Position numbers and translations under genes: made by a program
Notes under the pieces: generated by a model
What the model saw: only the letters and a program-made list of their open reading frames with translations
What the model was told of the DNA's origin: nothing
The model's database searches: none
Shown: positions 40,991-51,255 of the stretch, piece after piece
Numbering within the stretch: position 1 is the first letter of the stretch
Layout of the letters: each line of letters opens with the position of its first letter
NCBI GenBank assembly: GCA_038247415.1
Contig: JBBRUX010000016.1
Span: 9,051-73,050 of the forward strand
Direction of reading: 5' to 3'
DNA from: Chitinivibrionales bacterium
Lineage (GTDB): Bacteria > Fibrobacterota > Chitinivibrionia > Chitinivibrionales > WJKA01
Length of the DNA: 64,000 nucleotides

Positions 40991-41013
40991 TGGAGCTTTT
41001 CGCAGGAACCATA

Positions 41014-42012
41014 ATGCCTCCTCTCGAACGCACTAACCTTAAAACCGGCAAACGTCCGGTTGCCCTCGATGTTAGAACCTATAAATCGGGCGATGTCCTA
41101 TTTGCAGAAGGTTCAACGGGTCGAGAATTATTTATTATCAAAGAAGGTAAAGTCGGTGTTTTTAAGGAATCACCCGATGGCCAGGTGCATCTTGCCAATG
41201 TCGAAAAAGATGGCATGGTGGGAGAAATGTCCCTTCTAGATGCTCTTCCTCGATCGGCAACTGTCAAGGCGATAGATCCTTCTTCGGCCATGGTTGTAAA
41301 TACCGCAACGTTTGCAGCTGCGCTTGCCACGGTTCCGCCGTGGCTTCAGAGTATCATAAAAATTGTAGTCTCACGATTGCGCGACGCTAATAAGCGGGTT
41401 GATCAGGCAATTTTACGTGATAAAGATCGAGGTTTGGTATCGCTTATCATCCTGCTTTTGGTGCGGTATAAACACGATTTTTCGTCGATGCTTGCCCTGG
41501 ATTTTGACCTTGTTGTGGTAGAAGGATATTTTGTTTGCAGGCTGAGAAAAAAAGAGATTCTTGCAATTCTTGACAATCTCGTAAAAAGGCGAATTGTTGC
41601 TATCGAAGAAGACACCGAGAAAAAACGGCATGTGTGCATTAAAGACCTAGAAATCCTAAAATTATACTGTGAATATCTTACGCTTAAAAGTATAAAGAAA
41701 ACGTTTCGTGAATTGTCGATTCCCGAAGAGAGTGTTGCCATACTTAATAATATTGCCTACTGTGCCCAAAAATCGGCCATTGAAACAGATGATGGAACTA
41801 CCCTGGCTCGTGAAATTTTGGTGGCAGATTTGGGAGATAAAAAAGCTGATAATCTCGATAAAATTTTATCCGATTTAAAGCGCCGCATGATTATTACTAC
41901 GCCGCCAGGTGCACGAGATGACATTCTTGTTTTCAAACGGGATACGCTGAGTCGTATCAAGAAAATTAGGGAATGGGCTCCCCGTTTTGCTTCCGAAGTG
42001 GGGGCTCCCTAA
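41014..42012 (+). CDS. Cyclic-nucleotide-binding domain protein 1
   Basis: LFAEG, GEMSLLDALPRSATV phosphate-binding cassette. Confidence 0.85.
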   Translation: MPPLERTNLKTGKRPVALDVRTYKSGDVLFAEGSTGRELFIIKEGKVGVFKESPDGQVHLANVEKDGMVGEMSLLDALPRSATVKAIDPSSAMVVNTATFAAALATVPPWLQSIIKIVVSRLRDANKRVDQAILRDKDRGLVSLIILLLVRYKHDFSSMLALDFDLVVVEGYFVCRLRKKEILAILDNLVKRRIVAIEEDTEKKRHVCIKDLEILKLYCEYLTLKSIKKTFRELSIPEESVAILNNIAYCAQKSAIETDDGTTLAREILVADLGDKKADNLDKILSDLKRRMIITTPPGARDDILVFKRDTLSRIKKIREWAPRFASEVGAP

Positions 42013-43043
42013 TGAATACTTTGGGAAAAATTGGCGCGGGACGTTCTATTGTCAATAGAAATGAACTCACGCTAAAAAAAGGTTCCCTCATGTTTATTGA
42101 GGGCGAAACCAGTAGTGAGATGTATATCTTGCGCTCGGGTAAAATTCGCATCCTCAGACAAGAGGGAGATAATGCCATCGAGCTTGCTATCTTAGGGCCA
42201 GGAAGTGTTTTAGGGGAGCTTTCACTTCTGGATAATCAACCTCGTGGGGCCACGGCGCAAGTTCTGGAAGAAACCACCGCAACGGTGATCGATCATGACC
42301 TTTTCGAAAAAACTCTTGCTGCAACACCCTCGTGGCTTGCTACCATGCTTCGCCTTGTTGTCAAAAGATTGCGCGACACCATGAAACGAACATCGGATGA
42401 TATTGTCAAAAAAAATATTTCTGGTGTTTTGCAGGTGATGTCGCTTCTGCACGATAGCGAAGGGGCGCTGCATCCAGAAATGAAGATGAAACAGATTCCT
42501 GTTGCGCGTATCAAGGAGTGTGTTTTTGATATTATTGGCCTTGGAGCACTAGAAACAGAAAATGTATTTTTGCATCTTATTTTAAAAGACCAAATTCTTA
42601 TTCGCAAAAACGAACGGGGTAGGGAACAGGTTTTTGTCAAGGATATCATGGTGTTTGGGCTGTATCTGGCATACCTTCGTGCAAAGCAGCGTGGCGTTGA
42701 CATGTTTGGCGAAAAATTATCCGTTGCTGCAACTACGCTTCTGGGCTTTATTGTTGGCGCAGGGGACAAAAACGGCACTCGATTAACAAATGGCTTGGTT
42801 CGCATAGGTGTAATGCAGGTTGAAATAGAGCTGGAACGCTCGCACGGGGCATCTTCGCATATCGATTTTGACGCATACGATGAACTTATAGCAGGCAAAA
42901 TTGTGGTTGAAGAAGCCGATGTTACACGCTCTGCTCATGGAACCCACAAGCGGGCAACACTTGTGTATAATCCCGAGTCGCTTGCTCGGCTACAGATCTT
43001 TAGAAAGTGGCTCCCCCTTTTCGCGGAGGATGTACAATTTTAA
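42012..43043 (+). CDS. Cyclic-nucleotide-binding domain protein 2
   Basis: MFIEG, GELSLLDNQPRGATA; start overlaps the upstream stop (TAATG). Confidence 0.85.
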   Translation: MNTLGKIGAGRSIVNRNELTLKKGSLMFIEGETSSEMYILRSGKIRILRQEGDNAIELAILGPGSVLGELSLLDNQPRGATAQVLEETTATVIDHDLFEKTLAATPSWLATMLRLVVKRLRDTMKRTSDDIVKKNISGVLQVMSLLHDSEGALHPEMKMKQIPVARIKECVFDIIGLGALETENVFLHLILKDQILIRKNERGREQVFVKDIMVFGLYLAYLRAKQRGVDMFGEKLSVAATTLLGFIVGAGDKNGTRLTNGLVRIGVMQVEIELERSHGASSHIDFDAYDELIAGKIVVEEADVTRSAHGTHKRATLVYNPESLARLQIFRKWLPLFAEDVQF

Positions 43044-43804
43044 AGCCTTTTTCGTGGTATGCAGATCTTTTAACTGCCAAAGGCCGGGCCAGTTCCGGGT
43101 ATTTTTTAGCGGAAGGCAGTCGGGTTCTGGATCAATTGACGCATTCTTATCCAGGATGCATCGAAGAATACCTTTGTGCCGATGGGGGTGTTCCCCAGGC
43201 AGCCTCATCAATTCCGTATCGGTCATTTTCACAGACCCGCATAACATCGCTTACTCAGTTAGCAACGGCACCAGCGCTTATTGCAGTTGTCAAGATACCC
43301 GAACCATCTTTACAGAGTGATCCCCCACAGGTGAGTGGAAATAGAATTCTTGTTCTCGAAGGAATCCAGGATCCGGGCAATGTGGGTACTCTTATCCGGT
43401 CTGCTGCGGCATTTAATTTTGATGCAGTGTTTCTCGACCTTGTTTGTGCCGATCCGTTTTCACCCAAGGCCGTAGCTGCTACAGCAGGAGGTGTTTTGTC
43501 GGTTATGCTGTGGCGAGGAGCGGCGTTTTATGATGCGTTGGCACGTTTGCAAAAAACCTGTGGATTTTCTCTTATGATAACCGACGTTCATGGGGATTCC
43601 TTGCTTGCTCCCAGTGAACTTGATTTAAAATGTATGCTCGCTTTGGGCAACGAAGGCAATGGAATTAGCACGAAGCTTCGTGCAATGGCAGATTGTACGG
43701 TTACTATTCCTATACAAAAGAATAATGTAGAATCGCTTAATGTTGCTGCATGCGGGGCAATTTGCATGTATATGCTGCAAGGAAAGCTCGATAGCCCTGT
43801 TTAG
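43007..43804 (+). CDS. TrmH/SpoU family RNA methyltransferase (start uncertain)
   Basis: IQDPGNVGTLIRSA, LGNEGNG, ESLNVA. Confidence 0.88.
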   Translation: MAPPFRGGCTILKPFSWYADLLTAKGRASSGYFLAEGSRVLDQLTHSYPGCIEEYLCADGGVPQAASSIPYRSFSQTRITSLTQLATAPALIAVVKIPEPSLQSDPPQVSGNRILVLEGIQDPGNVGTLIRSAAAFNFDAVFLDLVCADPFSPKAVAATAGGVLSVMLWRGAAFYDALARLQKTCGFSLMITDVHGDSLLAPSELDLKCMLALGNEGNGISTKLRAMADCTVTIPIQKNNVESLNVAACGAICMYMLQGKLDSPV

Positions 43805-44949
43805 GATGGTTTAGCCAGAGTAATTCTTGCCCTTCCACCTTTTTTTGAAGCATACATAGCTTCATCGGCGCGCTTGACAAGGTCGGTATCATCTTCTCCA
43901 TCGACTGCTTCTGCAATACCAATAGAAATTGACGTACTGCCAAATTTGAACGAGCTAAATTGTTTTTGGATACGTTCGGCTACAACGATCGAAGATGCCT
44001 GATCGGTTTCTGGTAAAAGTACCACAAATTCATCGCCACCATACCTGAATCCGGCATCGATATCTTTACGGATGCAAGCCTTAATGACCATAGCCAATGA
44101 CCGCAATACTTGATCGCCGCGTTGGTGCCCCATGGTATCGTTGTACTCTTTAAAATGATCTACATCTAAAAGAATCAGCGATAATGTGCGCCCGGGGTTT
44201 CTTTTTAAGCGTCCCAATTCCCGTCGTATCTGATCGTAAAAATGCCGCGAATTGTAGAGTTCGGTAAGGCTATCGGTAATAGCAAGCTTTTCGAGGAGCT
44301 CATTTTTTTTAAGAAGCTCGAATTCGAGTTTCTTTTTCTCGGTGATATCTTTAGCGGTAATGACCAGCCCCTTTATTTGGCCTGCCTCTTCTTTCATTTC
44401 TGAAATGGAGAAGTTTAAATGAATAATTTCCCCTTGGCTCGTTTTCATAGGGATTTCTTCGTTGGTCGATTTGCCAAATTGTAAAACGGCATCGGTAACT
44501 TTTCGATAATCCGACACGTTGATAAAAAGCATGTCGAATGGCTTGCCTACAATTTCTGCTTGCGTATAGGCAAAATGCAGTTCTGCGCCACGGTTAAATT
44601 TTAAGATTAGACCTTCGGTATCGACTGTAAAAATAATGTCGGTTGAATCCTGCATAATGCTTTCGAAGTATTTCGCGATATTTTGGTAGCGCCTGCCTGT
44701 GGTGGTGAGCTTGTCGATCTTCTGAGTGAAATGCGCCGAATACTTTCTCAGCCACAAATACTGTGTCACAGCCCAGGCTGCCGATAACAATCCGATAAAA
44801 AGCACGGAAAATCGAGAATGTTCTACCGTTATAGCGAGACACAGCAAAAGGATAAAAAGCGTTAAAGCGCTTAAACCAATGCGGTGAAAACGAGCAAGCT
44901 TCGCATCGGTAAACAATGCGAATTGATTAGGAGCGTATTTTTTTCTCAT
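43801..44949 (-). CDS. Membrane PAS-GGDEF diguanylate cyclase
   Basis: Two TMs, PAS, DSLTELYN, DVDHFK, RYGGDEF. Confidence 0.92.
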   Translation of the reverse strand: MRKKYAPNQFALFTDAKLARFHRIGLSALTLFILLLCLAITVEHSRFSVLFIGLLSAAWAVTQYLWLRKYSAHFTQKIDKLTTTGRRYQNIAKYFESIMQDSTDIIFTVDTEGLILKFNRGAELHFAYTQAEIVGKPFDMLFINVSDYRKVTDAVLQFGKSTNEEIPMKTSQGEIIHLNFSISEMKEEAGQIKGLVITAKDITEKKKLEFELLKKNELLEKLAITDSLTELYNSRHFYDQIRRELGRLKRNPGRTLSLILLDVDHFKEYNDTMGHQRGDQVLRSLAMVIKACIRKDIDAGFRYGGDEFVVLLPETDQASSIVVAERIQKQFSSFKFGSTSISIGIAEAVDGEDDTDLVKRADEAMYASKKGGRARITLAKPS

Positions 44950-45130
44950 ATACGGATATGGAGAAAAGTGTTATGTAATTATGTCCTTACTTAAAATATA
45001 CCATTCTGACGAAGCTAAGTCACAGATTTATTAAGGAATTAGCACGCGCCAAAGAGGTTGTTGAGATCCTAAAAATACACTCGCTACCTTCCTGAGTGCA
45101 CCTAAAGGGCATTAATGCATAAAAAGGATC

Positions 45131-45238
45131 ACTGATTTATATGATTAGTATGATAAAGATGATTTTTTAAGGCAAATGCACTTGATAAGGTTTCAAGATA
45201 ATCAATGTAATCAGGTAAATCACAAGAATCATCGGTTG
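45131..45238. repeat. GATT/AATC 9-nt periodic palindrome
   Basis: GAT(T/A) at 45134, 45143, 45152, 45161; AATC at 45200, 45209, 45218, 45227. Confidence 0.65.
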
Positions 45239-45316
45239 GGACTTGGGGATATGTACTCTAAAATGCGCCACTCCGGAATGGCACAATGTATGATCTTTTC
45301 GGGATGTGTTTTTGAA

Positions 45317-45346
45317 AAAGTAGAAGGACTTATGTCCTTCTACTTT
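45317..45346. repeat. Perfect 13-bp inverted repeat
   Basis: AAAGTAGAAGGAC-TTAT-GTCCTTCTACTTT. Confidence 0.7.
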
Positions 45347-45490
45347 GAGCTGAATCTTTGTTCGAAAAAATTTCTAAAGAGAAGCGCGTCCAAAGAGAAG
45401 ATGCATAGACGCCAACACAGCACAAATTAAAGCTGTTTGATCATAAGTATAGTTATATGTATATTCGTAAGGATTTAAGGAGAAGCTATC

Positions 45491-45768
45491 GTGCATCTGT
45501 TATTTCAATGGGATGAAAAAAAAATTCTAAAAACATAGAAAAACACTAAGTATCCTTTATACATGCAAAAGAGGCTTTTTATGATGGTTCCCGTATAATT
45601 GCAAAAGATTTGGATCATAGTACAGAACGCGAAACCAGGTTTTATTGCTTCGGAAAGGCTGGAAAAGGAATCCTTACCGTGCGGTTTACCTACAGAGACA
45701 AAACTATAAGAATTTTTGGTGCGGGCTATTGGACAAAAGGGAAAAAAGTTTATGAAGAACAAAATTAA
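45491..45768 (+). pseudogene. BrnT-family toxin pseudogene
   Basis: AAGGAG + GTG; FQWDEKK, frameshift in an A-run, then KNIEKH*VSF...DHS..ETRFYCFG...ILTVRFTYR...IRIFGAGYW. Confidence 0.82.
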
Positions 45769-45985
45769 TTACGCTGATGGGGAAATTGGAAACTTTGAAA
45801 TAGTCAAAGATTTCCTACCTTCACCATCCGACCTTGCAAAGATGGAAAGCAATGTTAAAGTAACGATAAACCTTCGAAAGTCCAGTGTCGATTTTTTCAA
45901 AGGTATTGCTAAACAAAATCATGTGCAATACCAAAGGGTAATCAGATCTCTTTTAGATACTTACGCAAACTCATATTCTAAGTAA
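45752..45985 (+). CDS. BrnA/CopG-like antitoxin
   Basis: DFLPSP..L, VKVTINL...VDFFK, YQRVIRSLLD; overlaps the toxin remnant. Confidence 0.8.
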   Translation: MKNKINYADGEIGNFEIVKDFLPSPSDLAKMESNVKVTINLRKSSVDFFKGIAKQNHVQYQRVIRSLLDTYANSYSK

Positions 45986-46168
45986 CATGGCAATGAGCAC
46001 TTAATAAAAGCAGAAGACGGTAGAAGCTCTCTGCGCATTAAGAAAAATAGTAGCACTTAACAACTCTTTCAGCCAGTTAATTATTTACACAAAGAACAAG
46101 TGGAGTGCGCATAGGTTGATGCTGCGGCTAGGAAGACTTCCTTCGCCCTTGGCAATAACAACGAATCT

Positions 46169-47095
46169 CTAGCTCACCTCATTCAATGTCGAAATAACGG
46201 TGCAATGCTCAGCCCCACAAGAACTCAAGAGTTCCTTGATTTTATGTGCGCATTGCATATCGGGTGCAATAACGTAAAAAGCTCCGCCTCCACCCGCTCC
46301 GCTCATTTTTCCACCGTACGCGCCTAGAGCAATACTGTTTTCGAGCAGTGTGTCAATGTGAGGTGTGCTGAGGTTGATTGATTTAAGAATAGCATGGGCA
46401 TTGTTTGCATGTGTTCCGAGTTGTTGCGCGAGGGAACCTGGAAGTGATTGCAAAAGGTCACAGGCTTTTGCAGATATGGTTCCCAGGGTATTATAAAGAT
46501 CTTTGATTTTAGGGCTAGTAGCCGATTCTTTGAGGGTGCGTGCAAGAAGCTCTGAGGTTGAGAATTTTCGAGGTATACAACCTATAACAATGCACAGTTT
46601 TGGGGTTGGTAGTGTGTTGATTTTGGGGAGTTCGTTTGGTATGGGATACAGCGTACACCATCCGTTTGAAAGAGCTAGCGCAGTATCAATCCCCGATGCT
46701 CGCCCATGAAAATGCTGCTCTCCGGTATTGGCAAGGGACCAAATATCCAAAAATGTTGGATTGTAAGCTTCGAGAATGATTTTGGCTGTTGCGCCGCACA
46801 GTGCTGCTGAAGCGCCAAAACCCCCCTGCAAAGGTACTGTTGACGTTATGTCCCATGCACCATGAGCTTCTAAAAAGCAACATTTTTGGGTAAGAATTGC
46901 CACCAGTTCAAAAAACTGGTGGGCTTTGTCTTGAGGAATTTCTGGGTTGAGCGTAGAGCTCATGGCTTTTGGCGCGGGTGTAAACGAAACAGTAGTGAGA
47001 AGGGGCAGCGTAAATCCGCACGCAGGATATCCTCGCAAGATTACATGTTCTCCAAAGAGCAGCAGTTTTCCGTGGGCGCTTTTTCTTACCTGCAT
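46169..47095 (-). CDS. mvk: Mevalonate kinase
   Basis: GKLLLFGEH, PLQGGFGASAA, HGRASGID, KMSGAGGGG. Confidence 0.9.
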   Translation of the reverse strand: MQVRKSAHGKLLLFGEHVILRGYPACGFTLPLLTTVSFTPAPKAMSSTLNPEIPQDKAHQFFELVAILTQKCCFLEAHGAWDITSTVPLQGGFGASAALCGATAKIILEAYNPTFLDIWSLANTGEQHFHGRASGIDTALALSNGWCTLYPIPNELPKINTLPTPKLCIVIGCIPRKFSTSELLARTLKESATSPKIKDLYNTLGTISAKACDLLQSLPGSLAQQLGTHANNAHAILKSINLSTPHIDTLLENSIALGAYGGKMSGAGGGGAFYVIAPDMQCAHKIKELLSSCGAEHCTVISTLNEVS

Positions 47096-48015
47096 GTAAA
47101 CCCAACCTTACTTATGCGCAGGTGAGTTCCTAACCCATGCTTACAAAATGCTATGAGCGTTTCGTTGCCGGCACCACATGCTTTAATGAGAATATCGGGG
47201 AAATTGGCTTGAACCTGTGACGGTACGGTTGCAGGGATGTTGAGCGCATTTCCCAATTGGATGCCAAGAAGAGCGTGCCGTTTGAGATGATCGAGAAATT
47301 CTAGAGCGGTTTGCGCATGTGTCATCTGCTTTGTGAGAAATACCGATTGGGCGCGAAGGGTATCCCACAGTCGAGGTTGTCGTGCAATGAATTCTTTCCA
47401 GGCAGTTATAGCACTCGATGTATTGGCTCTGGCCGGGGAATCGATGAGGTGAAAGCTCGAAAGAAATGGAGGAAGGGGTAGGGGAGAAAATGTTGGAATT
47501 TCGCCACCTGTAAATACGCCTGATCCCCCAAAGGTACTGCAAGCAACATCGTATCCGCTGCCCTTCCCATTTTGAAATTTACGATGAATTGCCAAAGCAT
47601 GAGTAAATACATCGTGCTTGGAAGGGCATTTTTTTGTAACAGCAAAAAGGATTGCGACGGTTATGGCAACAGCGCACGCTGCACTTGACCCCAGACCTAA
47701 TTTTTTCCCCTGAGAAAAAAATTCGCGTGAATCAATTGTGATAATCGCTTGTGGCCACAGAGAGGAAAACCCTTTGGAAATATTAAAATGCAGCATTGCC
47801 CCGTAAAGCATCGGATCTTCGATAATGGTTTCGTTTGTATAGCCTTTGACCGTGGTTCCAATAAGAGTACGAAGCATAAAAACAGGGGAGCGGTGTATTG
47901 AAAGAGTTAGGTGCCTATCGATTGCAAGGCCGATCCCGGTTCCTCCTTTGGTAAGGATGACGTATTCTCCACATAAAAGAAGATTTGCGGGAACAGAAAT
48001 GGTAAGTGGTATCAT
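47086..48015 (-). CDS. Phosphomevalonate kinase (GHMP)
   Basis: VPANLLLCGEY, KLGLGSSA, GSGYDVA, GAGNE. Confidence 0.85.
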   Translation of the reverse strand: MIPLTISVPANLLLCGEYVILTKGGTGIGLAIDRHLTLSIHRSPVFMLRTLIGTTVKGYTNETIIEDPMLYGAMLHFNISKGFSSLWPQAIITIDSREFFSQGKKLGLGSSAACAVAITVAILFAVTKKCPSKHDVFTHALAIHRKFQNGKGSGYDVACSTFGGSGVFTGGEIPTFSPLPLPPFLSSFHLIDSPARANTSSAITAWKEFIARQPRLWDTLRAQSVFLTKQMTHAQTALEFLDHLKRHALLGIQLGNALNIPATVPSQVQANFPDILIKACGAGNETLIAFCKHGLGTHLRISKVGFTCR

Positions 48016-48059
48016 AGTCGTTCTCTCTTGATGCTTTAAAAATACAATGCTCGGTAAAC

Positions 48060-49007
48060 TTAATAAAATGTAACACCTGTGCCAACCGAGTCCACTACAA
48101 TATTGTTTGTATCTATAATTTTTGAAAGTGCATACACAATTACAGGTACATCGGGCAGCAGACAGATACATTTAATTTGAGGCCCCGCATCCATGGTCTC
48201 CCAAACTTCTATACCATTAGTACGCAGGGTTTCAATTTCTTTGAGCAATGCAATTGAGACTGGGTTCCAGTACAAAATTGGTGGTGTTGCAGAGAGCATG
48301 ACGCCAAACATTCGCATTGAGCTTTGCCGGGTGAGAGATCCAAGCAAAGGGAGATCTTTATGCGAAAGCGCCTTGTGCGCTTGAGTGTACAGCTTGTGGC
48401 TCTGCTCGATCCAGGCTTGATAATAAGGAGACGTCTGGGCACTCTGGTTCATGGCAGCGCGTGAACTAATGGTTTTTTTTTGTGAAATTGTGGTGCAAAT
48501 AATAATGCGGAGCTCTGGCCAAAAATCTGGTGAAAACAATTGCGTCGCAGATTCTGCACCTTTGTTCCATGATGTAAATCCCCCAAATACCGCACGGGCT
48601 GCAGAGCCCGAGCCAATGCGCGCAAGTTTTGAAATGTCGTTTAGATCGGTTGATACATTGCATAGTTTTGATACAGCAAGCGCAAGCGCTGCAAATCCCG
48701 ATGAAGAGCTGGCAAGCCCCGCTGCAGCTGCAAAATTATTGGTGCTTTCTACCTTAAAATGACATTCGGGAGACGTTTGCTCCCGAACATAGTCAAAAAA
48801 ACGATTTGATTGATCTGGTGCTTGCGGTTTTCCATCTATCGTGACAGTATCGGCCTGTGTGCAAAGAGATACCTTTGTGGTAGTGGTAAGCTTAGATAAT
48901 GTAATTGCAAGGCTTGGTACTGCAGGAATGTTGATGCCATGAGATTCTTTGCCCCAATATTTGATAATCGCAAGGCTCGGGTGGGCAATTGTTGTGCAGG
49001 ATGTCAT
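48060..49007 (-). CDS. mvaD: Diphosphomevalonate decarboxylase
   Basis: LAIIKYWGK, AAGLASSSSGFAA, RIGSGSA.R, TMDAGP. Confidence 0.93.
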   Translation of the reverse strand: MTSCTTIAHPSLAIIKYWGKESHGINIPAVPSLAITLSKLTTTTKVSLCTQADTVTIDGKPQAPDQSNRFFDYVREQTSPECHFKVESTNNFAAAAGLASSSSGFAALALAVSKLCNVSTDLNDISKLARIGSGSAARAVFGGFTSWNKGAESATQLFSPDFWPELRIIICTTISQKKTISSRAAMNQSAQTSPYYQAWIEQSHKLYTQAHKALSHKDLPLLGSLTRQSSMRMFGVMLSATPPILYWNPVSIALLKEIETLRTNGIEVWETMDAGPQIKCICLLPDVPVIVYALSKIIDTNNIVVDSVGTGVTFY

Positions 49008-50158
49008 GATGATTTTGAAGTTTTCTTTTTTGCATGTAAACGCATATGCCCATGGGTAATGCCTTCGGAACACAGAGCCCGCAGTGCTGCAAAATTTTGT
49101 GCGAGTCCCACTGCAGCTGCAATGGCGCCAAGGCGTGGCCCGGTGGGATTACTAAGAAGTTTGAGAGAAAATTGAGCAGTTGGATCGGTGTTTGTAGATC
49201 CGCCAACTACGGCAAAGGGCGTGGGAATATCTATTGATCCAATAAGCATAGTGTCAACAATCGAATACTGCGTAAGACTGCGGTATTGACCACTTGATGC
49301 TGCAAAAAAATGGGCGGCAGCTTCTAGAGCACGCGTGTCGTTTGCAGTTGCGAGCGCTAATGCAGAAACGCCGTTCATGATCCCTTTATTATGAGTTATG
49401 GCACGGTCTGGATCGTGAAAGGCAATAAGACCTGCAGCTACAATTCGTTCTGCAATTTCTGATGATGTAAATAATGTTCTTTTTGTCGGCAACGCGGAAA
49501 CTGGTATAGAAAAACGAGCCGTGGCCCGGCGCATGTGGGCATTATTAGAAAGGATCATGAGCAAGGGATTAATCCCCAAAGTTTCCCTAAGCCAGTTCCC
49601 AACGTGCTCGCAGCAGGCATTTACTGCGTTTGCGCCCATGCAATCTTGAACATTTATGGCAAGTGTTATCTTTACAGAAGTTGTGTGTGGTATTCTTGAA
49701 ATTGTTGCATGCGTTAACCCGCCACCTCTATTTTGCATTGATGCAAGAGCCACATTGGCAGTAGCGCAGAGGTCTGCATGAAGCGACAGAAGCTTTGCTA
49801 CAAGCTGATCCGAAGATTCAGAAATAATAATTTGCCCAAGCATTAAAGGTGTTGGTGCTGTAGTAGTAAATCCCCCATGCCTGCCGATGATGGTTGCGGA
49901 AAAGCTTGCTGCGGCAATTACCGAAGGTTCTTCGGTGGCTAAGGGGATTTCGTATTTTTTGCCATCGATAATAAATCCAGTTGCAACGCCCAGGGGTATA
50001 CCCGCGATACCAAGAGCGTTTTCGATGCTTTTATCTGCATGCCGCATATAAGCTTGTAAAGGATCTGGACATGAGAGAAAATCTGGGTCACCAGCGTTTA
50101 CTGAATAATACTCCCGACGCTTTTTTGGGGTTGCGTTTTTATCAAAACGAAGACTCAT
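49004..50158 (-). CDS. mvaA: HMG-CoA reductase, class II
   Basis: IENALG, ATEEPSVIAA, DCMGAN, THNKGIMNG, GHMRLH. Confidence 0.93.
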   Translation of the reverse strand: MSLRFDKNATPKKRREYYSVNAGDPDFLSCPDPLQAYMRHADKSIENALGIAGIPLGVATGFIIDGKKYEIPLATEEPSVIAAASFSATIIGRHGGFTTTAPTPLMLGQIIISESSDQLVAKLLSLHADLCATANVALASMQNRGGGLTHATISRIPHTTSVKITLAINVQDCMGANAVNACCEHVGNWLRETLGINPLLMILSNNAHMRRATARFSIPVSALPTKRTLFTSSEIAERIVAAGLIAFHDPDRAITHNKGIMNGVSALALATANDTRALEAAAHFFAASSGQYRSLTQYSIVDTMLIGSIDIPTPFAVVGGSTNTDPTAQFSLKLLSNPTGPRLGAIAAAVGLAQNFAALRALCSEGITHGHMRLHAKKKTSKSS

Positions 50159-51255
50159 GGCAACTCTTTTCTCCAATCACCATTCAAACGGTATTGCTTG
50201 ACTTTGCTTATAAGAGAGTCTGAAAGAATGAGTGGTACTTTTCTGAGTGATGAAATAGTTTGCGAACCACTGAGCAACTGGATCTTTTTAAGATCGGTTC
50301 TAAGGGATTCTATTAATATACAGAGTGCGTCGACATGTCCTGCTTTTTCGGCTTGCAAAAAAGGTAGCGCCATACCAGCGGCCTGCGCACCCAGGGCAAG
50401 CGAACACGCGATATCTCGTGCTGTACGAATCCCCCCAGAAGCTAAAATTGTCCCGTCACTATCATGAAGGGCTGCCACATTGAGAGCGGTAGGAATTCCC
50501 CAGTGAGAAAAGTTTTCGGCCACGCCCGATGGATTGCAATCGTTGCGAAGCGCCTCAACGGCTATCCAGTTGGTTCCACCAGCACCCGCTACATCGATTG
50601 CGGTTGCCCCGTTTTCTAAAAGTTGAGAGACAAGTTTGGGTGTAAAGCCAAAGCCCGTTTCCTTTACGATAACTGGTATGGGCGAGATTGTGCAAAAAGA
50701 GGCGATAGCCGTAATGATGTTGCTAAAATCACGATCCCCTTCGTCTTGAAATAGCTCTTGTCCAACATTACAATGGATAGCCAGGTATTGGACCTCAAGT
50801 TTTTTAAGAAGTTCAACAAATTGCTTAACGTCAAGATCTTTGAGTTGTACGGCACCAATATTGGCAATAACGGGAACATCGGGTGCCCATTTTTTTAAAT
50901 GAAAATGTTCGAAGAGGTCGGGTTCGGAGAGCAGTATCCTGACAGATCCCATGCCAACCGGAATTCCCATGTGCTGGGCTGCTAAAGCGAAGTGGCGGTT
51001 TGCCCGAAATCCTTCTGCTGATCCGCCCGTCATGCATGAAATAAAGAGCGGCAGTGAAATCGTATGGTTGATAAACGATGATTCGGTTGAAATGTCCTGG
51101 AAATGTAATTCGGGGAGAGCATTGTGTACAATAGTAATCTGATCGAATGCGCTTGAGGTCGTATGAATTTTTTCGGCGTTGTTGACGCATATCTCATGAT
51201 GGCGTTTTTTCCTTTGTGCAAGTAGTTGCGTCTGATTATGTGATGCTGTATTCAC
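50155..51255 (-). CDS. fni: Type 2 isopentenyl-diphosphate isomerase
   Basis: RKKRH, MTGG, GSVR, QELFQ.EGD, KETGFG, GGTNW, WGIPT; GTG start inferred. Confidence 0.92.
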   Translation of the reverse strand: MNTASHNQTQLLAQRKKRHHEICVNNAEKIHTTSSAFDQITIVHNALPELHFQDISTESSFINHTISLPLFISCMTGGSAEGFRANRHFALAAQHMGIPVGMGSVRILLSEPDLFEHFHLKKWAPDVPVIANIGAVQLKDLDVKQFVELLKKLEVQYLAIHCNVGQELFQDEGDRDFSNIITAIASFCTISPIPVIVKETGFGFTPKLVSQLLENGATAIDVAGAGGTNWIAVEALRNDCNPSGVAENFSHWGIPTALNVAALHDSDGTILASGGIRTARDIACSLALGAQAAGMALPFLQAEKAGHVDALCILIESLRTDLKKIQLLSGSQTISSLRKVPLILSDSLISKVKQYRLNGDWRKELP

